The notes beneath the pieces are model-generated. The model saw only the letters and a program-made list of their open reading frames with translations, ran no database searches and was not told the DNA's origin. Shown in pieces: positions 19,160 through 28,958 of a DNA stretch of 64,000 bases (positions are counted from its first letter, which is position 1; every line of letters starts with the position of its first letter). This DNA comes from a virus (lineage: Duplodnaviria; Caudoviricetes), in the IMG/VR virus record IMGVR_UViG_3300037067_012588; one strand, given 5' to 3'. Made by a program: the position numbers and the translations under genes.

Positions 19160-19480
19160 TCAAAACATAGGAATGCCATCTTTTGAGATGGAAACGATAA
19201 TCTCACCGTTTTTCACCGTGACAACAACCTTACCTTCTCGCTCAAGCCACCCAACCGCTCTTGCAGTTTCTATGGCAGGAACCTTCATATCCAAGGCAAT
19301 CTTAAGCAGAGATACTGGTCCTGTTTTACGAACAACCTGATTGACGGCATAGGCTCGTGCTGCCGTTTCGCTTGTGTCTCCCACAACACTCTCCTCCCAG
19401 ATACTCAATCTGGCTTTACAGGCGTGCGCTTTTTGATGCACATTGGGCAAAGGATTTTTCCACCCTTGTTCATCTGCCAA
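19160..19480 (-). CDS. winged-helix protein (start uncertain)
   Basis: ARAVGWLEREGKV wHTH-like C-terminus. Confidence 0.5.
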   Translation of the reverse strand: MADEQGWKNPLPNVHQKAHACKARLSIWEESVVGDTSETAARAYAVNQVVRKTGPVSLLKIALDMKVPAIETARAVGWLEREGKVVVTVKNGEIIVSISKDGIPMF

Positions 19481-19612
19481 CCACGCTTCATCATCTCAGA
19501 GGTCACTTGCGAACGACCATCCAAAACTCCGATGCTCTCAGTCTCTCCACACCCAATCCCATCACAAGTCAGTTTGTAAAACGCAACAACAGCCACAGCT
19601 TTCTCCCTTCTT

Positions 19613-20482
19613 TTATTTTTTGTGCCGTTCACAAAACGGACACCATTCAGGAATCGGGTCACTCGTCTTGTGCGACCCAAAAATAGCTCCAAACAGATTC
19701 CTCAAAGAGATTGCAGCCTTTGAGGGCATCCCCTTGTGCTTGTTAACGTTGAAATAATCGACAGGACAAGAAATAAGTCCAAAATCCCACGAACGTTCCT
19801 CCTCGTATTCACTCCAAGAACGTTCGTTTATGTGGTAACATCTCTGGCAAGTCTCCTTGTCATGAGTAATAGGCGCATTGAAGATTCCATTCAGATCATC
19901 ATAGACTTCAACAACTTTTTTGCGGAGAATTTCTTCATTCCCAATATTGTCTATGACATAGGAACTTCTATTACGACGCTCCATCTCTGGAACACGGAAC
20001 GAATCACGCTTGAAGACCTCGCCGTATAACCACCCACGATTTTCAACACAACGCCGTTCACGCAACTCTATCGGTGCCTCGACCGTCAGAACGGCATAGA
20101 TCATCTCATTGAAAATTCCAGATTCGAAGAGAGTCGGAGCCTCGACCACAATCAATGACTTGTCTTTCTTTTGCATCTGGGTAAGTTCGAGATTCAGAAG
20201 CCTGTGAATCATAGGCTCAACAATGACAAGAAGCCTTCGCAGGGAATCCTTTGAGGCAAAGGCAACACTTGCAAGTTTCGAACGGTTAATGATTCTATCT
20301 TCTGTCAGAACATCATTCCCGAATGATGCCGCAACTGCTCTGGCAATATCTGGGATGCGAAGGACTGCGTGCGCAATCTTGTCCGCATCGATAACTCGTG
20401 CGCCAAGTTCAGAGAAAATCTTCGACACCTGACTCTTCCCAGAGCCAGCAGGTCCTGTTACAGCAAGAATTATCGGTTTCAC
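19613..20482 (-). CDS. coaE: dephospho-CoA kinase fused to a C-terminal Cys4 domain
   Basis: AVTGPAGSGKS, IDADKIAH, NRSKLA..AF, EAPTLFE, YVIDN; GTG start after AGGAG; tail CQRC...CP...WCPFCERH. Confidence 0.88.
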   Translation of the reverse strand: MKPIILAVTGPAGSGKSQVSKIFSELGARVIDADKIAHAVLRIPDIARAVAASFGNDVLTEDRIINRSKLASVAFASKDSLRRLLVIVEPMIHRLLNLELTQMQKKDKSLIVVEAPTLFESGIFNEMIYAVLTVEAPIELRERRCVENRGWLYGEVFKRDSFRVPEMERRNRSSYVIDNIGNEEILRKKVVEVYDDLNGIFNAPITHDKETCQRCYHINERSWSEYEEERSWDFGLISCPVDYFNVNKHKGMPSKAAISLRNLFGAIFGSHKTSDPIPEWCPFCERHKK

Positions 20483-20483
20483 A

Positions 20484-20951
20484 TCAATCTCCTTGGGAAA
20501 GCCTATCCTTGATTTTGCTTTCAACTTTATAATCATAGGACTCTGCCATGAAATCCAAAACCTTGTCAGGAACGCCATGAATGTTTCTTCCGCTGAGATA
20601 GTGAACGTTCCACTTACCGTCAATGAAAAGGTGGGGAGTCCAACTCGGAACAACCACCTCAATCTCATAACCAAACTGCTTGGCGATGTCAACGTAAACC
20701 TTCACCTCACTCCATGTAACGTTCGTATTATCAACGACAACATTCTTGCCAGTCTGGCAAGAAATGCGAACGTGCTGTTGACAGCGTGAATGGGCAAGAT
20801 GGAGCTGATCCGCCTTGAAAGCGTACCGCCCCCTCCGAACAAACCAGTCATCGGAACTGTGGATATCTGCCCCATGACTCTCCGCAACCTGTTTGGCAAG
20901 GGTAGATTTTCCGCTTCCAGGAAGACCTCGCATAATGAACATTTTAGGCAT
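20484..20951 (-). CDS. AAA_33 / polynucleotide kinase-like P-loop kinase
   Basis: MRGLPGSGKST, SSDD, VVVDNTN, RNIHGVP. Confidence 0.88.
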   Translation of the reverse strand: MPKMFIMRGLPGSGKSTLAKQVAESHGADIHSSDDWFVRRGRYAFKADQLHLAHSRCQQHVRISCQTGKNVVVDNTNVTWSEVKVYVDIAKQFGYEIEVVVPSWTPHLFIDGKWNVHYLSGRNIHGVPDKVLDFMAESYDYKVESKIKDRLSQGD

Positions 20952-21058
20952 AGAGCCTCCTTTCACAAATATCATCGTCTAGTGGATAAAAAAAATCATA
21001 GAAAAACTCAAGATTCTCCATCCGCTTTGCCGATAAAACAGACAAAAGGAGGAATACC

Positions 21059-21292
21059 ATGAGTCTTATTGAGATTTTGAAGGAAATGGGCGTTGCTAAG
21101 AAAAATCAGCAACTTATTGAAAAACTCGTTGCGTATCATAGAGATGAATTTCGGAACACGTTCGGAACGCCACTTTGCGAACGTCATCGCCGTGAATACG
21201 AATACTGGAGCAACCAACTCGGGAATATCAACAGGCATATTGAACAACAACATCGATTCCTCAAACAGTTTTACGGTGTTGGTTCAAAGTGA
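21059..21292 (+). CDS. hypothetical protein (only credible plus-strand gene)
   Basis: AAAGGAGGAATACC-ATG RBS; fills a gap between minus-strand genes. Confidence 0.6.
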   Translation: MSLIEILKEMGVAKKNQQLIEKLVAYHRDEFRNTFGTPLCERHRREYEYWSNQLGNINRHIEQQHRFLKQFYGVGSK

Positions 21293-21627
21293 ACAACAAT
21301 GACCGTCTTCTTAAGAGCTCTTGCTTTAGCTATTGTATCCGCTGTTCCGTTTGACTTGCCATCCCAAAAAGCAAGAACAACATCCGCAGCTTCAGCAATA
21401 AGTGTGTTCCTGTCAAACCCAGCCTGTTTACCTTTCTCCCATTCAGGGAGAAATACCTTGGCATAAATTCCGTTGTCCCTAGCATACATCAACCCGAGAG
21501 AATCTGCACCCACAGCGCCACCAGAGATTATTTCTCTGATTGGAAACTCATCACGCAACGCATCCAGCTTTGAACAAAGCAAGGCTTCATCACGAAAAGA
21601 CCTTGAACCAACAATTGCCAATTTCAT
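21271..21627 (-). CDS. SLOG family protein (DUF2493/YspA-like)
   Basis: AIVGSR, IISGGAVGAD, AGFDRN, LAFWDGKSNGT. Confidence 0.9.
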   Translation of the reverse strand: MKLAIVGSRSFRDEALLCSKLDALRDEFPIREIISGGAVGADSLGLMYARDNGIYAKVFLPEWEKGKQAGFDRNTLIAEAADVVLAFWDGKSNGTADTIAKARALKKTVIVVHFEPTP

Positions 21628-21642
21628 GATATGCCTCCTTTT

Positions 21643-21861
21643 TCAAAGGCAAAAACACCGAATTTCGTTTTGTACGGTTTGTATTTCACGGTTGATGTTA
21701 TGAAGGCTAATCATAAACCGTGAAGATTCAGACTTTCCACAAAGGCGCTCAACTTCTTCTCGCAAAAGCGCATTTGCTTTTTGTTGGGCATATGTTAGTT
21801 CCAGCAGGGCTTTAGCCTGCTCAACGGTAAGACTCTTTTTCATCAGGGTAAACCTTTCCAA
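21643..21861 (-). CDS. hypothetical coiled-coil protein
   Basis: short ORF in tiling path. Confidence 0.45.
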   Translation of the reverse strand: MERFTLMKKSLTVEQAKALLELTYAQQKANALLREEVERLCGKSESSRFMISLHNINREIQTVQNEIRCFCL

Positions 21862-21912
21862 TAACAGACCCCGAAGATTATACGACAGCCATCATCAAAT
21901 GTAAATGGATAT

Positions 21913-22890
21913 TCATCGTTCGACGACATATTTCTTTTCGACTTGGACACCAACATCTGGTCCACGCCAGTGCGGAGAACACCAAATAATCCTCCCAGCA
22001 AGCTTTCCCTTTGTGAAATGCTTGAAATGACCAACAACACGAAAACGAACGGTCATCTTCCGACCACAAGGTTCGGATTCATCATAAACAACCCTTGTCT
22101 TGGTCATCTTCACAATGTTTGCAACACGAAATCCCGACCTAACAACTTCAGGAGACTTCTTAGAAGGCTTTTCTCGGACAACACGCTCAACAATACTCGA
22201 AGGAGAAGTAATGAAAAAAACCAGCTTCAATATTTGAAGCAACGACTTACTTACAGTCTTTTTATCAAAATCATCCTTTGGACACATTCCATGTATGTCC
22301 TCTTCCGAAAAAACATAATCATCCTTCGGATGAATAAACGCCCAATTTGACTTCATTGTCTGACTATTGTAACATACAACAATCCATGTTAGTTCGTTAT
22401 CAAAGGTTTTTTCCTCAAGAAGCGATCTTGGATCATTTAGTTCATACTTCGATATTCCATACTCAACAGACCTAAAACACGCAACATCCCATGTATCGCC
22501 AGACCCATCTGGGAACTCAGTTAACTCTGGAATCTCTATGATGATTTCAGGAAAAGGAAGCCTGACAGCATTAAACGGAACCGAGCGTATATCGGAATCA
22601 AGAATATCTTTCACCAACTCCTTGTCTTCGAAAATAAACGGAACAGTGACACCTTCGACAATAGATGCAGCAGTGGTCATCAAAATCGGACTATCATCGG
22701 GAAGCTTTCCTTGCTTTCTCAAAACCAATTCAGCAGCCTTCCAAACAATAATCGGGGAAGCTGAATCGAAACTAACATCTAAAACTGAAGCATCAAGCAC
22801 ATTACTCTTTTTGACATAATCACGAAAGCCTTCAACAAGTTTCCTGAAGGCATTTCGGATTCTGTCAATCTTGTGTATTTTTGTCTTCAT
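21913..22890 (-). CDS. phage hypothetical protein
   Basis: 325 aa; C-terminal V.GHF....W..PHWRG motif. Confidence 0.7.
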   Translation of the reverse strand: MKTKIHKIDRIRNAFRKLVEGFRDYVKKSNVLDASVLDVSFDSASPIIVWKAAELVLRKQGKLPDDSPILMTTAASIVEGVTVPFIFEDKELVKDILDSDIRSVPFNAVRLPFPEIIIEIPELTEFPDGSGDTWDVACFRSVEYGISKYELNDPRSLLEEKTFDNELTWIVVCYNSQTMKSNWAFIHPKDDYVFSEEDIHGMCPKDDFDKKTVSKSLLQILKLVFFITSPSSIVERVVREKPSKKSPEVVRSGFRVANIVKMTKTRVVYDESEPCGRKMTVRFRVVGHFKHFTKGKLAGRIIWCSPHWRGPDVGVQVEKKYVVER

Positions 22891-24203
22891 TCTCCGCCAG
22901 CCTTGACATTGTAGAAAGGCTTGACACGGAACAAAATCGTCGCAGTCGGTGCAATGGCAGCCTCAATCATCGCAGCGTCCTTGTAAGCCATAGGCGACTC
23001 ATCAATGGTATCCTTGCTGACAGAGGTCGTGAAGATTCCCTCCATCGACTTCTGATAGTCAACCAAATCAATCGAAGCCTTTGCCTGTGACCGTGACAAC
23101 ACTCGCCCAGCACCATGAGGAGCGGAGAAGTTCCAATCGGCATTCGACTTGCCATCACAAATCAAAAGACCATCCCGCATGTTGAAGGGGATAATCATCC
23201 GCTCACCAACATACGACCGAATCGCTCCCTTGCGGATAATCCCATCCTCGAAGGAAATGAAGTTGTGAACACACTCGATTCGGTCATACTCAGTAACATC
23301 ACCAACAACCGAACGAATGGAAGACAAGACCTCCTCAGCGATAACCATACGGTTCATCGCAGCATAGCCCTGAGCAAGGAACATCGCCTTCAAATACAGC
23401 TCCATGTTCGAACCAGAAACGAACGACGAAGACTTGGAATCGAAGTCGAGCTTCGCATCTTCCTGCTTCTTCGTAATCAACTTGCTGATGTCCGACTTAG
23501 CAATCTCGCCTCGCCCAGCCATATCCCGAACCTTCTTGGTATACTCCTGCAAGTCAGGGATTTCCTTCACAGTCGCCTGAGCAATACCATCGAAATGCTC
23601 GCAGACACGCTTTCCGAAGTTCCGTGAACCAGTGTGAATCGTAACCCACGAATAAGCGTTCTCGTCAACACCCATTTCGATGAAGTGGTTTCCACCACCA
23701 AGCGTCCCGATGGAAATCCAGAAGCGACTGACGTCCATACCGATACTACGAACGAAATCCTCGATATCGGAAACGGAAACCGAACGGAAGCTCGCAATCA
23801 CGGAAGACGAAGACTTATGCGCTTCCTTACGGAGAAAGTCAACAAGACGCTCCTTGATGCCCTTGGACTCCTTGCTCCGGGCAGTCATACCCATAGGAAC
23901 ATGATGGCGAATCAAGACATCAATCTTCTTCAGCTCATCTTCCCAAGGACGAACATTCACACCCACAGAAAGCATTCCGCATCCGATGTCCACTCCGACC
24001 CAGTTCGGCACGACCTTATCACCAGCCTTCATGGTGAATCCAATAGGAACACCTTTTCCGGCATGAGAATCTGGCATCATAACAATAGTTTTGCCAATTG
24101 TTGCAGGATGATTTGCAATGTTAAACACTTGAGACATAGTTTCCTTTTCAAAACAATCAAGCGTCAACAACGCTTCAGAATATTTTCCTTTGATTTTATA
24201 CAT
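22887..24203 (-). CDS. rtcB: RtcB family RNA ligase
   Basis: MPDSHAGKG.PIG, GVDIGCGM, GTLGGGNHFIE, HTGSR, HN, RKGA, SAPHGAGR, DESPMAYK. Confidence 0.95.
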   Translation of the reverse strand: MYKIKGKYSEALLTLDCFEKETMSQVFNIANHPATIGKTIVMMPDSHAGKGVPIGFTMKAGDKVVPNWVGVDIGCGMLSVGVNVRPWEDELKKIDVLIRHHVPMGMTARSKESKGIKERLVDFLRKEAHKSSSSVIASFRSVSVSDIEDFVRSIGMDVSRFWISIGTLGGGNHFIEMGVDENAYSWVTIHTGSRNFGKRVCEHFDGIAQATVKEIPDLQEYTKKVRDMAGRGEIAKSDISKLITKKQEDAKLDFDSKSSSFVSGSNMELYLKAMFLAQGYAAMNRMVIAEEVLSSIRSVVGDVTEYDRIECVHNFISFEDGIIRKGAIRSYVGERMIIPFNMRDGLLICDGKSNADWNFSAPHGAGRVLSRSQAKASIDLVDYQKSMEGIFTTSVSKDTIDESPMAYKDAAMIEAAIAPTATILFRVKPFYNVKAGGE

Positions 24204-24390
24204 CGATTCTCTTTCTAATCTCGTTTCTGATAAGCTCCATAGCGGAAGCCTTATCTGACTTGATTTCTTTTTCCCATATGACAAAAAAACCGTACCCCAT
24301 CGATTCAATCAACTGGCTTCTTTTCTTATCTTTTTCCCATTTTTCCGAAAACAGCCCCATCTTTTTATCCTTGATAAATAATCCCTCCAA
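24196..24390 (-). pseudogene. truncated DUF559/Vsr-like endonuclease fragment
   Basis: WEKDKKR...GY...VIWE C-terminal half only. Confidence 0.5.
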
Positions 24391-24401
24391 AAAATCATCG
24401 T

Positions 24402-24779
24402 CTAAGAAGGAGAATTCTGATCGTTATTTTCAACATTTTCCACAAAAGACGGAACTTTTTCTTCTCCAAAAAGAGGATGCACTTCGCCAAATCCCTCGAC
24501 CGAGGTTATCTCAAGCTCAAACAGAACAAGATTGGCAATAACAAACAAAACCGTAAAACTGCTTGGTTCGAAGTCCTCCATAACATGTGGGTCTTTCATT
24601 TGCTCTGGAGTCAACACATCTGCCTTGCTTTTGTTCACATCCAATCGAATCCATGTTACACCGTCTTTCCATTTTTGTATCAACGAAAAAGCCGAAAAAG
24701 AAATCTTCTTTTTTGCGTTGCCGTCAACATAGGTTTTTGTCTCGACAGCAATCAACGGATTGAAAACATTAAACATCAC
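24402..24779 (-). CDS. hypothetical protein with a predicted TM segment
   Basis: FTVLFVIANLVLF. Confidence 0.5.
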   Translation of the reverse strand: MMFNVFNPLIAVETKTYVDGNAKKKISFSAFSLIQKWKDGVTWIRLDVNKSKADVLTPEQMKDPHVMEDFEPSSFTVLFVIANLVLFELEITSVEGFGEVHPLFGEEKVPSFVENVENNDQNSPS

Positions 24780-24964
24780 TATCCCTCGCTTGAAATAAAA
24801 TGTTCAACCTCAAAAGGACAATCACAAGGGGCTTCTTTCCCCTCTTCAACAAGCCCATGACCACGCAATAAACACGTCCAAAACGAATCATTGTCGACAT
24901 CAAGCGGATCAAATATATAGTGCTCACATCTCTGACAAATCTCAAGACTTACCATGATGTTCAT
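24779..24964 (-). CDS. Cys4 CP[YF]xxE[HQ]-family protein
   Basis: ICQRC...WTC...CPFEVEHFIS. Confidence 0.65.
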   Translation of the reverse strand: MNIMVSLEICQRCEHYIFDPLDVDNDSFWTCLLRGHGLVEEGKEAPCDCPFEVEHFISSEG

Positions 24965-25343
24965 TCCTCATAGCGTCCAAGCAAAAAGACGCCAGCTTCT
25001 TACATTGAGACTCAACATAAAGCTTAGATCGAACCTTTCCAAACCTTGGCAAAAATTTCGCTACTTGCATCAGTTCGCTAATCATCTCATCAGCACAAAG
25101 TCCATCATTAGCATGGGCACAATCGAACCCAATCCAAAAACCTTCTCCGAGAATATCATTGAAGTCAGAAAAAGTCAAACCACCATGAACAGCAACATCG
25201 ATATCAAAAAAGCTTTTTTCATACCACGGATGTCCTTTTGGAACCCGCACATAACCACAACGAAAACCGAACGGGTGCATTATGACTTTGTAATTAAACC
25301 CCTGAAATACGCCTTCAATTTCGACTCTCATATTTACCTCCAA
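24942..25343 (-). CDS. conserved phage protein
   Basis: CGYV..PKGHP...VHGGLTF...WIGFDCAH. Confidence 0.75.
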   Translation of the reverse strand: MEVNMRVEIEGVFQGFNYKVIMHPFGFRCGYVRVPKGHPWYEKSFFDIDVAVHGGLTFSDFNDILGEGFWIGFDCAHANDGLCADEMISELMQVAKFLPRFGKVRSKLYVESQCKKLASFCLDAMRNEHHGKS

Positions 25344-25346
25344 AAT

Positions 25347-25386
25347 AAAAGCCCCATCCGGTGTGCGGCCGGACGGGGCATTTTTT
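25347..25386. terminator. bidirectional intrinsic terminator
   Basis: GCCCCATCCGG...CCGGACGGGGC flanked by A- and T-runs. Confidence 0.75.
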
Positions 25387-25405
25387 CCGTCAGCGCAAAA
25401 CCGTA

Positions 25406-25858
25406 TTATCGTGAATCAGGACGCCGCCACTCTTTCTTCGATGTTTCGGCACTCGTCGAAGCAGACTTCAATCCCATCTGAATGATAGCGATGTTGTCCG
25501 CACCAAGCTTCTCAACAGGAACAGTCTGAGCAGCAATGATATCAAGAATACCTTCAACGGCAGGAACATACTGAGTCCAACCCTTGTCCGTCATATACTT
25601 GACGATGGCAGCCTTCGCTTGATCGAAAGGCAAATCACCAATCTTCCCTGTGTCAAGGAACTTACTGACATCAGTCATCACCAGCAACATCTCTGCCTTT
25701 GTCGCATCATACTTGGCAACCGCCACACCATCAAGGATTGCCTTGGAAGCGACGGTCGTCGAAGCCTGAACCGTTGCCGCTCGCATGTTCATGCTGTAAT
25801 CAGTAGACGAACAACCAGACGCCAAAACACAAGCAACCAATGCCAAAACATACTTCAT
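25406..25858 (-). CDS. lipoprotein
   Basis: MKYVLALVACVLASG-C lipobox; GAGGAG RBS. Confidence 0.8.
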   Translation of the reverse strand: MKYVLALVACVLASGCSSTDYSMNMRAATVQASTTVASKAILDGVAVAKYDATKAEMLLVMTDVSKFLDTGKIGDLPFDQAKAAIVKYMTDKGWTQYVPAVEGILDIIAAQTVPVEKLGADNIAIIQMGLKSASTSAETSKKEWRRPDSR

Positions 25859-25939
25859 ACCATTTCTCCTCTGCCTATATGCCTGCGGGCGAACCCTACA
25901 GGAAGAATATGGGCGCATTCACACAAATGCGCCAACATC

Positions 25940-26491
25940 CTAATCATACTCCCGAGGAGAGAAAAACACAACCCCTGACGAGTTTATTTCCAAATCGTTT
26001 AGCTTAGATATCAGTTTTATCTTTTGAGTCTGAAATTCGTTGATAGCCACTTCCAAGGAAACCAAATCATCCCTTGTCATGTTCCACTCAGAAGACGCAC
26101 AATGAAACGACCGACATACCTCAGACCTATCTCCAACCGACAAACGACATCCAGTTTTTGTCAGAAATCCAGCCTTAGAGTTAAATAATGACTCGTACAT
26201 GGCCAATTGGTCTACATGTATAATCGCCATATTCAGATTCGAAAATCCACCCATATAGCCATAGTTGTTGGCACAGCCGCCACAACAAACATCTTCTCCG
26301 CAACACCATTCTGTTTTTCTTCTTTGTGCCTCGCAATTTCCTTTCACAAAGGCACAACCGAAATTACAAGAACTAATTCCAGACAAAACAGTCTGAAGTT
26401 CTCTTATGTCGCTCTTGAGTGGTTCAGCAAGGTCATCGTCAAACACAAACACCGAGCTACGACTCAAAAGTCCATCAAGAAAAACAGGCAC
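25940..26491 (-). CDS. Cys-cluster hypothetical protein
   Basis: CC..C...GFL...GC.L....RS.VC..F.C. Confidence 0.6.
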   Translation of the reverse strand: MPVFLDGLLSRSSVFVFDDDLAEPLKSDIRELQTVLSGISSCNFGCAFVKGNCEAQRRKTEWCCGEDVCCGGCANNYGYMGGFSNLNMAIIHVDQLAMYESLFNSKAGFLTKTGCRLSVGDRSEVCRSFHCASSEWNMTRDDLVSLEVAINEFQTQKIKLISKLNDLEINSSGVVFFSPREYD

Positions 26492-26639
26492 AATTTATCC
26501 CTTAAGCAAGGATTTCACTCATCGAACACACTTCTTACTGGCATCCTTATGACAGGCTTGGCAAGTTTTTCCAGGCAACCAAGAAAACATCTTCGCAAGG
26601 CGAATCAATACAGCCTTGTTGCTTCGCTTCGAAGCCATT

Positions 26640-26837
26640 TCATCCTCGTTTCAGGATAATTCGGGAAATTTCAGCCACCTCAAACTTCGCCATTTCGATA
26701 TGTTCTTCTGGTCCACCCTTCATGATAATACTGAGCAGCTCATCAACTCGCTTATTGAGTTCTTGGCTACTCTTCTTGCAAGCCCAATCGAGAACGTCTT
26801 TCTGAGTCAACCGTGTCGTTTCCGTTGTCGATACCAT
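26640..26837 (-). CDS. hypothetical protein
   Basis: AGGAG RBS, 65 aa. Confidence 0.55.
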   Translation of the reverse strand: MVSTTETTRLTQKDVLDWACKKSSQELNKRVDELLSIIMKGGPEEHIEMAKFEVAEISRIILKRG

Positions 26838-26903
26838 TTCAATCTCCTTGATGGGGGCTATTCCCCTTACTTATACATCGTCTGCAAATCAAATTTTCTG
26901 GAA

Positions 26904-27134
26904 CTATTCGATATCCTTTTGACCAGCTTGAAACAACTCAAGGAAATATGGGCAACTATTTGGAGGTGAAAATATCTTTTCGGCATTGTGTGGTTTGTCA
27001 CCCCACGAAATACAATTATGAGCAGGACATGAATGCCCGTTTTTCCACAAAATTTTATCAACAACTCCCCACGTCAACCCGGCCATTTCGTGGCACGCCC
27101 GACAAACTTCTTCGTTGAACTCTAACTTCATCAT
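26904..27134 (-). CDS. Cys4 CP[YF]xxE[HQ]-family protein
   Basis: VCRAC...WKNGHSCP...CPYFLE. Confidence 0.7.
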   Translation of the reverse strand: MMKLEFNEEVCRACHEMAGLTWGVVDKILWKNGHSCPAHNCISWGDKPHNAEKIFSPPNSCPYFLELFQAGQKDIE

Positions 27135-27147
27135 CGCTATCCCCTAA

Positions 27148-27179
27148 ACAAGCCCGTAGGAACGTTCCTACGGGCTTGT
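27148..27179. terminator. perfect 32-bp palindrome / terminator
   Basis: ACAAGCCCGTAGGAAC-GTTCCTACGGGCTTGT downstream of the SPFH gene. Confidence 0.7.
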
Positions 27180-27209
27180 GTTCAATTCTTCCAACGTTAT
27201 GGCAGGGTT

Positions 27210-28493
27210 TTACTTTCCACGCTCTTCGGAAGCCGCCACGGGCTTCCCTTCCATTGTCATATCAAGGGAGAGGTCTTTTGCTGCCTTGATTGTCATCAGA
27301 CTCATAAAGTCACTCGCAGAACTATCTTGACCACCCTGCTTGTCGCCCATAACCACAGAGGGAACCAGACGCTTCGAAAACGCATCAGCCCAAACTTTCT
27401 GGGCATCAGACCAAGCCGCAAGCTTCTTCTCAAGAGCTCCATCGGCGGCCATAACGAGCTTCTTCCGAGTTGCTTCTCCTTCACCGAGCAGAATATCCCG
27501 CTGTTTGTTCATCTCAGCAGCATCACGCTCAAGGGCTGCAACTGCCTTTTGCTGCTCGCCCTTTGTAATTGCGACTTCCTTCTCCTTCAAGGCATCGGTG
27601 ACAGCCTTGACTTTTTCCTGTTCTTTTTCATACTTGGAAGCCATAACTGCAGCTTTACCTTCAGCCTCAATTCGCAAACTGTCCTGTTCCGATTTCTTCG
27701 TCTTGGCAATGGCAGTAACAACTTCCATAGCCGCCTTCTGCTGTTCATCAATCTGCTTCTGCACAGCATCGCTATAGATAAACTTCTTCACTTCGAAGTT
27801 GGAAAGAACAATCCCTGTTCCTTCAAACACGTTGCTTTGAGGTTGACGAATCATCCGACCTTCTTTGTCCTTCGCAGGACGCTTCAGTGTACGGGTTACA
27901 ACTTGACCAGTAAGGGGGTCACTGATTTCAACCTGTTCATCAACAACTTCATACAATCCGTGTTGAATCTGGTCACGGGCAATAACGATGAAATCGTTTC
28001 GGCGCTCGCAATAAGACTCACGAGCCGACATCAAATTGGCAGTTAAAATGAGAGCGTTACGCAAGCAAGGTTTTACCAGTTTTTCCTCAACATCGAGATG
28101 AGAACGCAAGCCAAGTTGGGTAATCAAATTCAAGGCCTGATCAGGAGACTTTGGCATTTCAACACGGCAGGTTCCACTAATTCTACACGTCGAACCATCG
28201 TTGAAAGTTACCTCAATCGAAGCATCTCCCGTATCATCAGGACCATCAGCTCCTTCAGGGTCAGCAGTGAAATAGAAAGTCTCTGCACACGGCCACGTTG
28301 TAATAGAGCCAAAACATTGCGCCCACATGCCAGGAGTCATTTTGACATCCAACTGACCAGAAACTGGCCACTGGCGAACCTGATATGTGCCAGATTGCAC
28401 TGTCTCAACCATAGACGGCAAAATATAGGCACAAATCAAAAGAATAACTCCTGCAACAATACCCTTCAAAACAAGCTTTTCACGTTCATTCAT
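27210..28493 (-). CDS. SPFH/Band-7 domain membrane protein
   Basis: N-terminal TM, SPFH core, AE/EKE-rich coiled coil, ADGALEKKL...VPSVVMG. Confidence 0.85.
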   Translation of the reverse strand: MNEREKLVLKGIVAGVILLICAYILPSMVETVQSGTYQVRQWPVSGQLDVKMTPGMWAQCFGSITTWPCAETFYFTADPEGADGPDDTGDASIEVTFNDGSTCRISGTCRVEMPKSPDQALNLITQLGLRSHLDVEEKLVKPCLRNALILTANLMSARESYCERRNDFIVIARDQIQHGLYEVVDEQVEISDPLTGQVVTRTLKRPAKDKEGRMIRQPQSNVFEGTGIVLSNFEVKKFIYSDAVQKQIDEQQKAAMEVVTAIAKTKKSEQDSLRIEAEGKAAVMASKYEKEQEKVKAVTDALKEKEVAITKGEQQKAVAALERDAAEMNKQRDILLGEGEATRKKLVMAADGALEKKLAAWSDAQKVWADAFSKRLVPSVVMGDKQGGQDSSASDFMSLMTIKAAKDLSLDMTMEGKPVAASEERGK

Positions 28494-28676
28494 CCGACTT
28501 CTCCTCTTTCATAATGTCCGATTTCTCAGTTTCATCTGGCTTACCAACAGAGGCAATCCAATTGACCAATCGAAGACCAATGACCTTGTACGCAACATAC
28601 GAACAAGACAAAATCAAAACGATATTAAACAAAAATATGAACAGCATGATTCGTTCCCCACACACGACAATTCAAA

Positions 28677-28958
28677 CTAAAGCTCTTCACGATTTTTCCC
28701 ATTGTTCTTCCCGAAACACTCTGAACAACACGGAACATCATGAACCACACCCCACACATTCACAAGGGCATAACGGCGCTCCCTATTCGACACCCAACTA
28801 CGACACCAAAAACATACTCCATGTGTCTCAATAACACAGAAACTATGCCACATGGACGGCGAAACTACACCCGCCACACGACGCTCAACAAGCGCCCGAC
28901 AATACGCCTCTGAACCAGGACTCAAACAGATAAAGGTGTCCTCTTTTTCCTGCGGCAT
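28677..28958 (-). CDS. zinc-ribbon hypothetical protein
   Basis: CFWC...CCSEC. Confidence 0.5.
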   Translation of the reverse strand: MPQEKEDTFICLSPGSEAYCRALVERRVAGVVSPSMWHSFCVIETHGVCFWCRSWVSNRERRYALVNVWGVVHDVPCCSECFGKNNGKNREEL

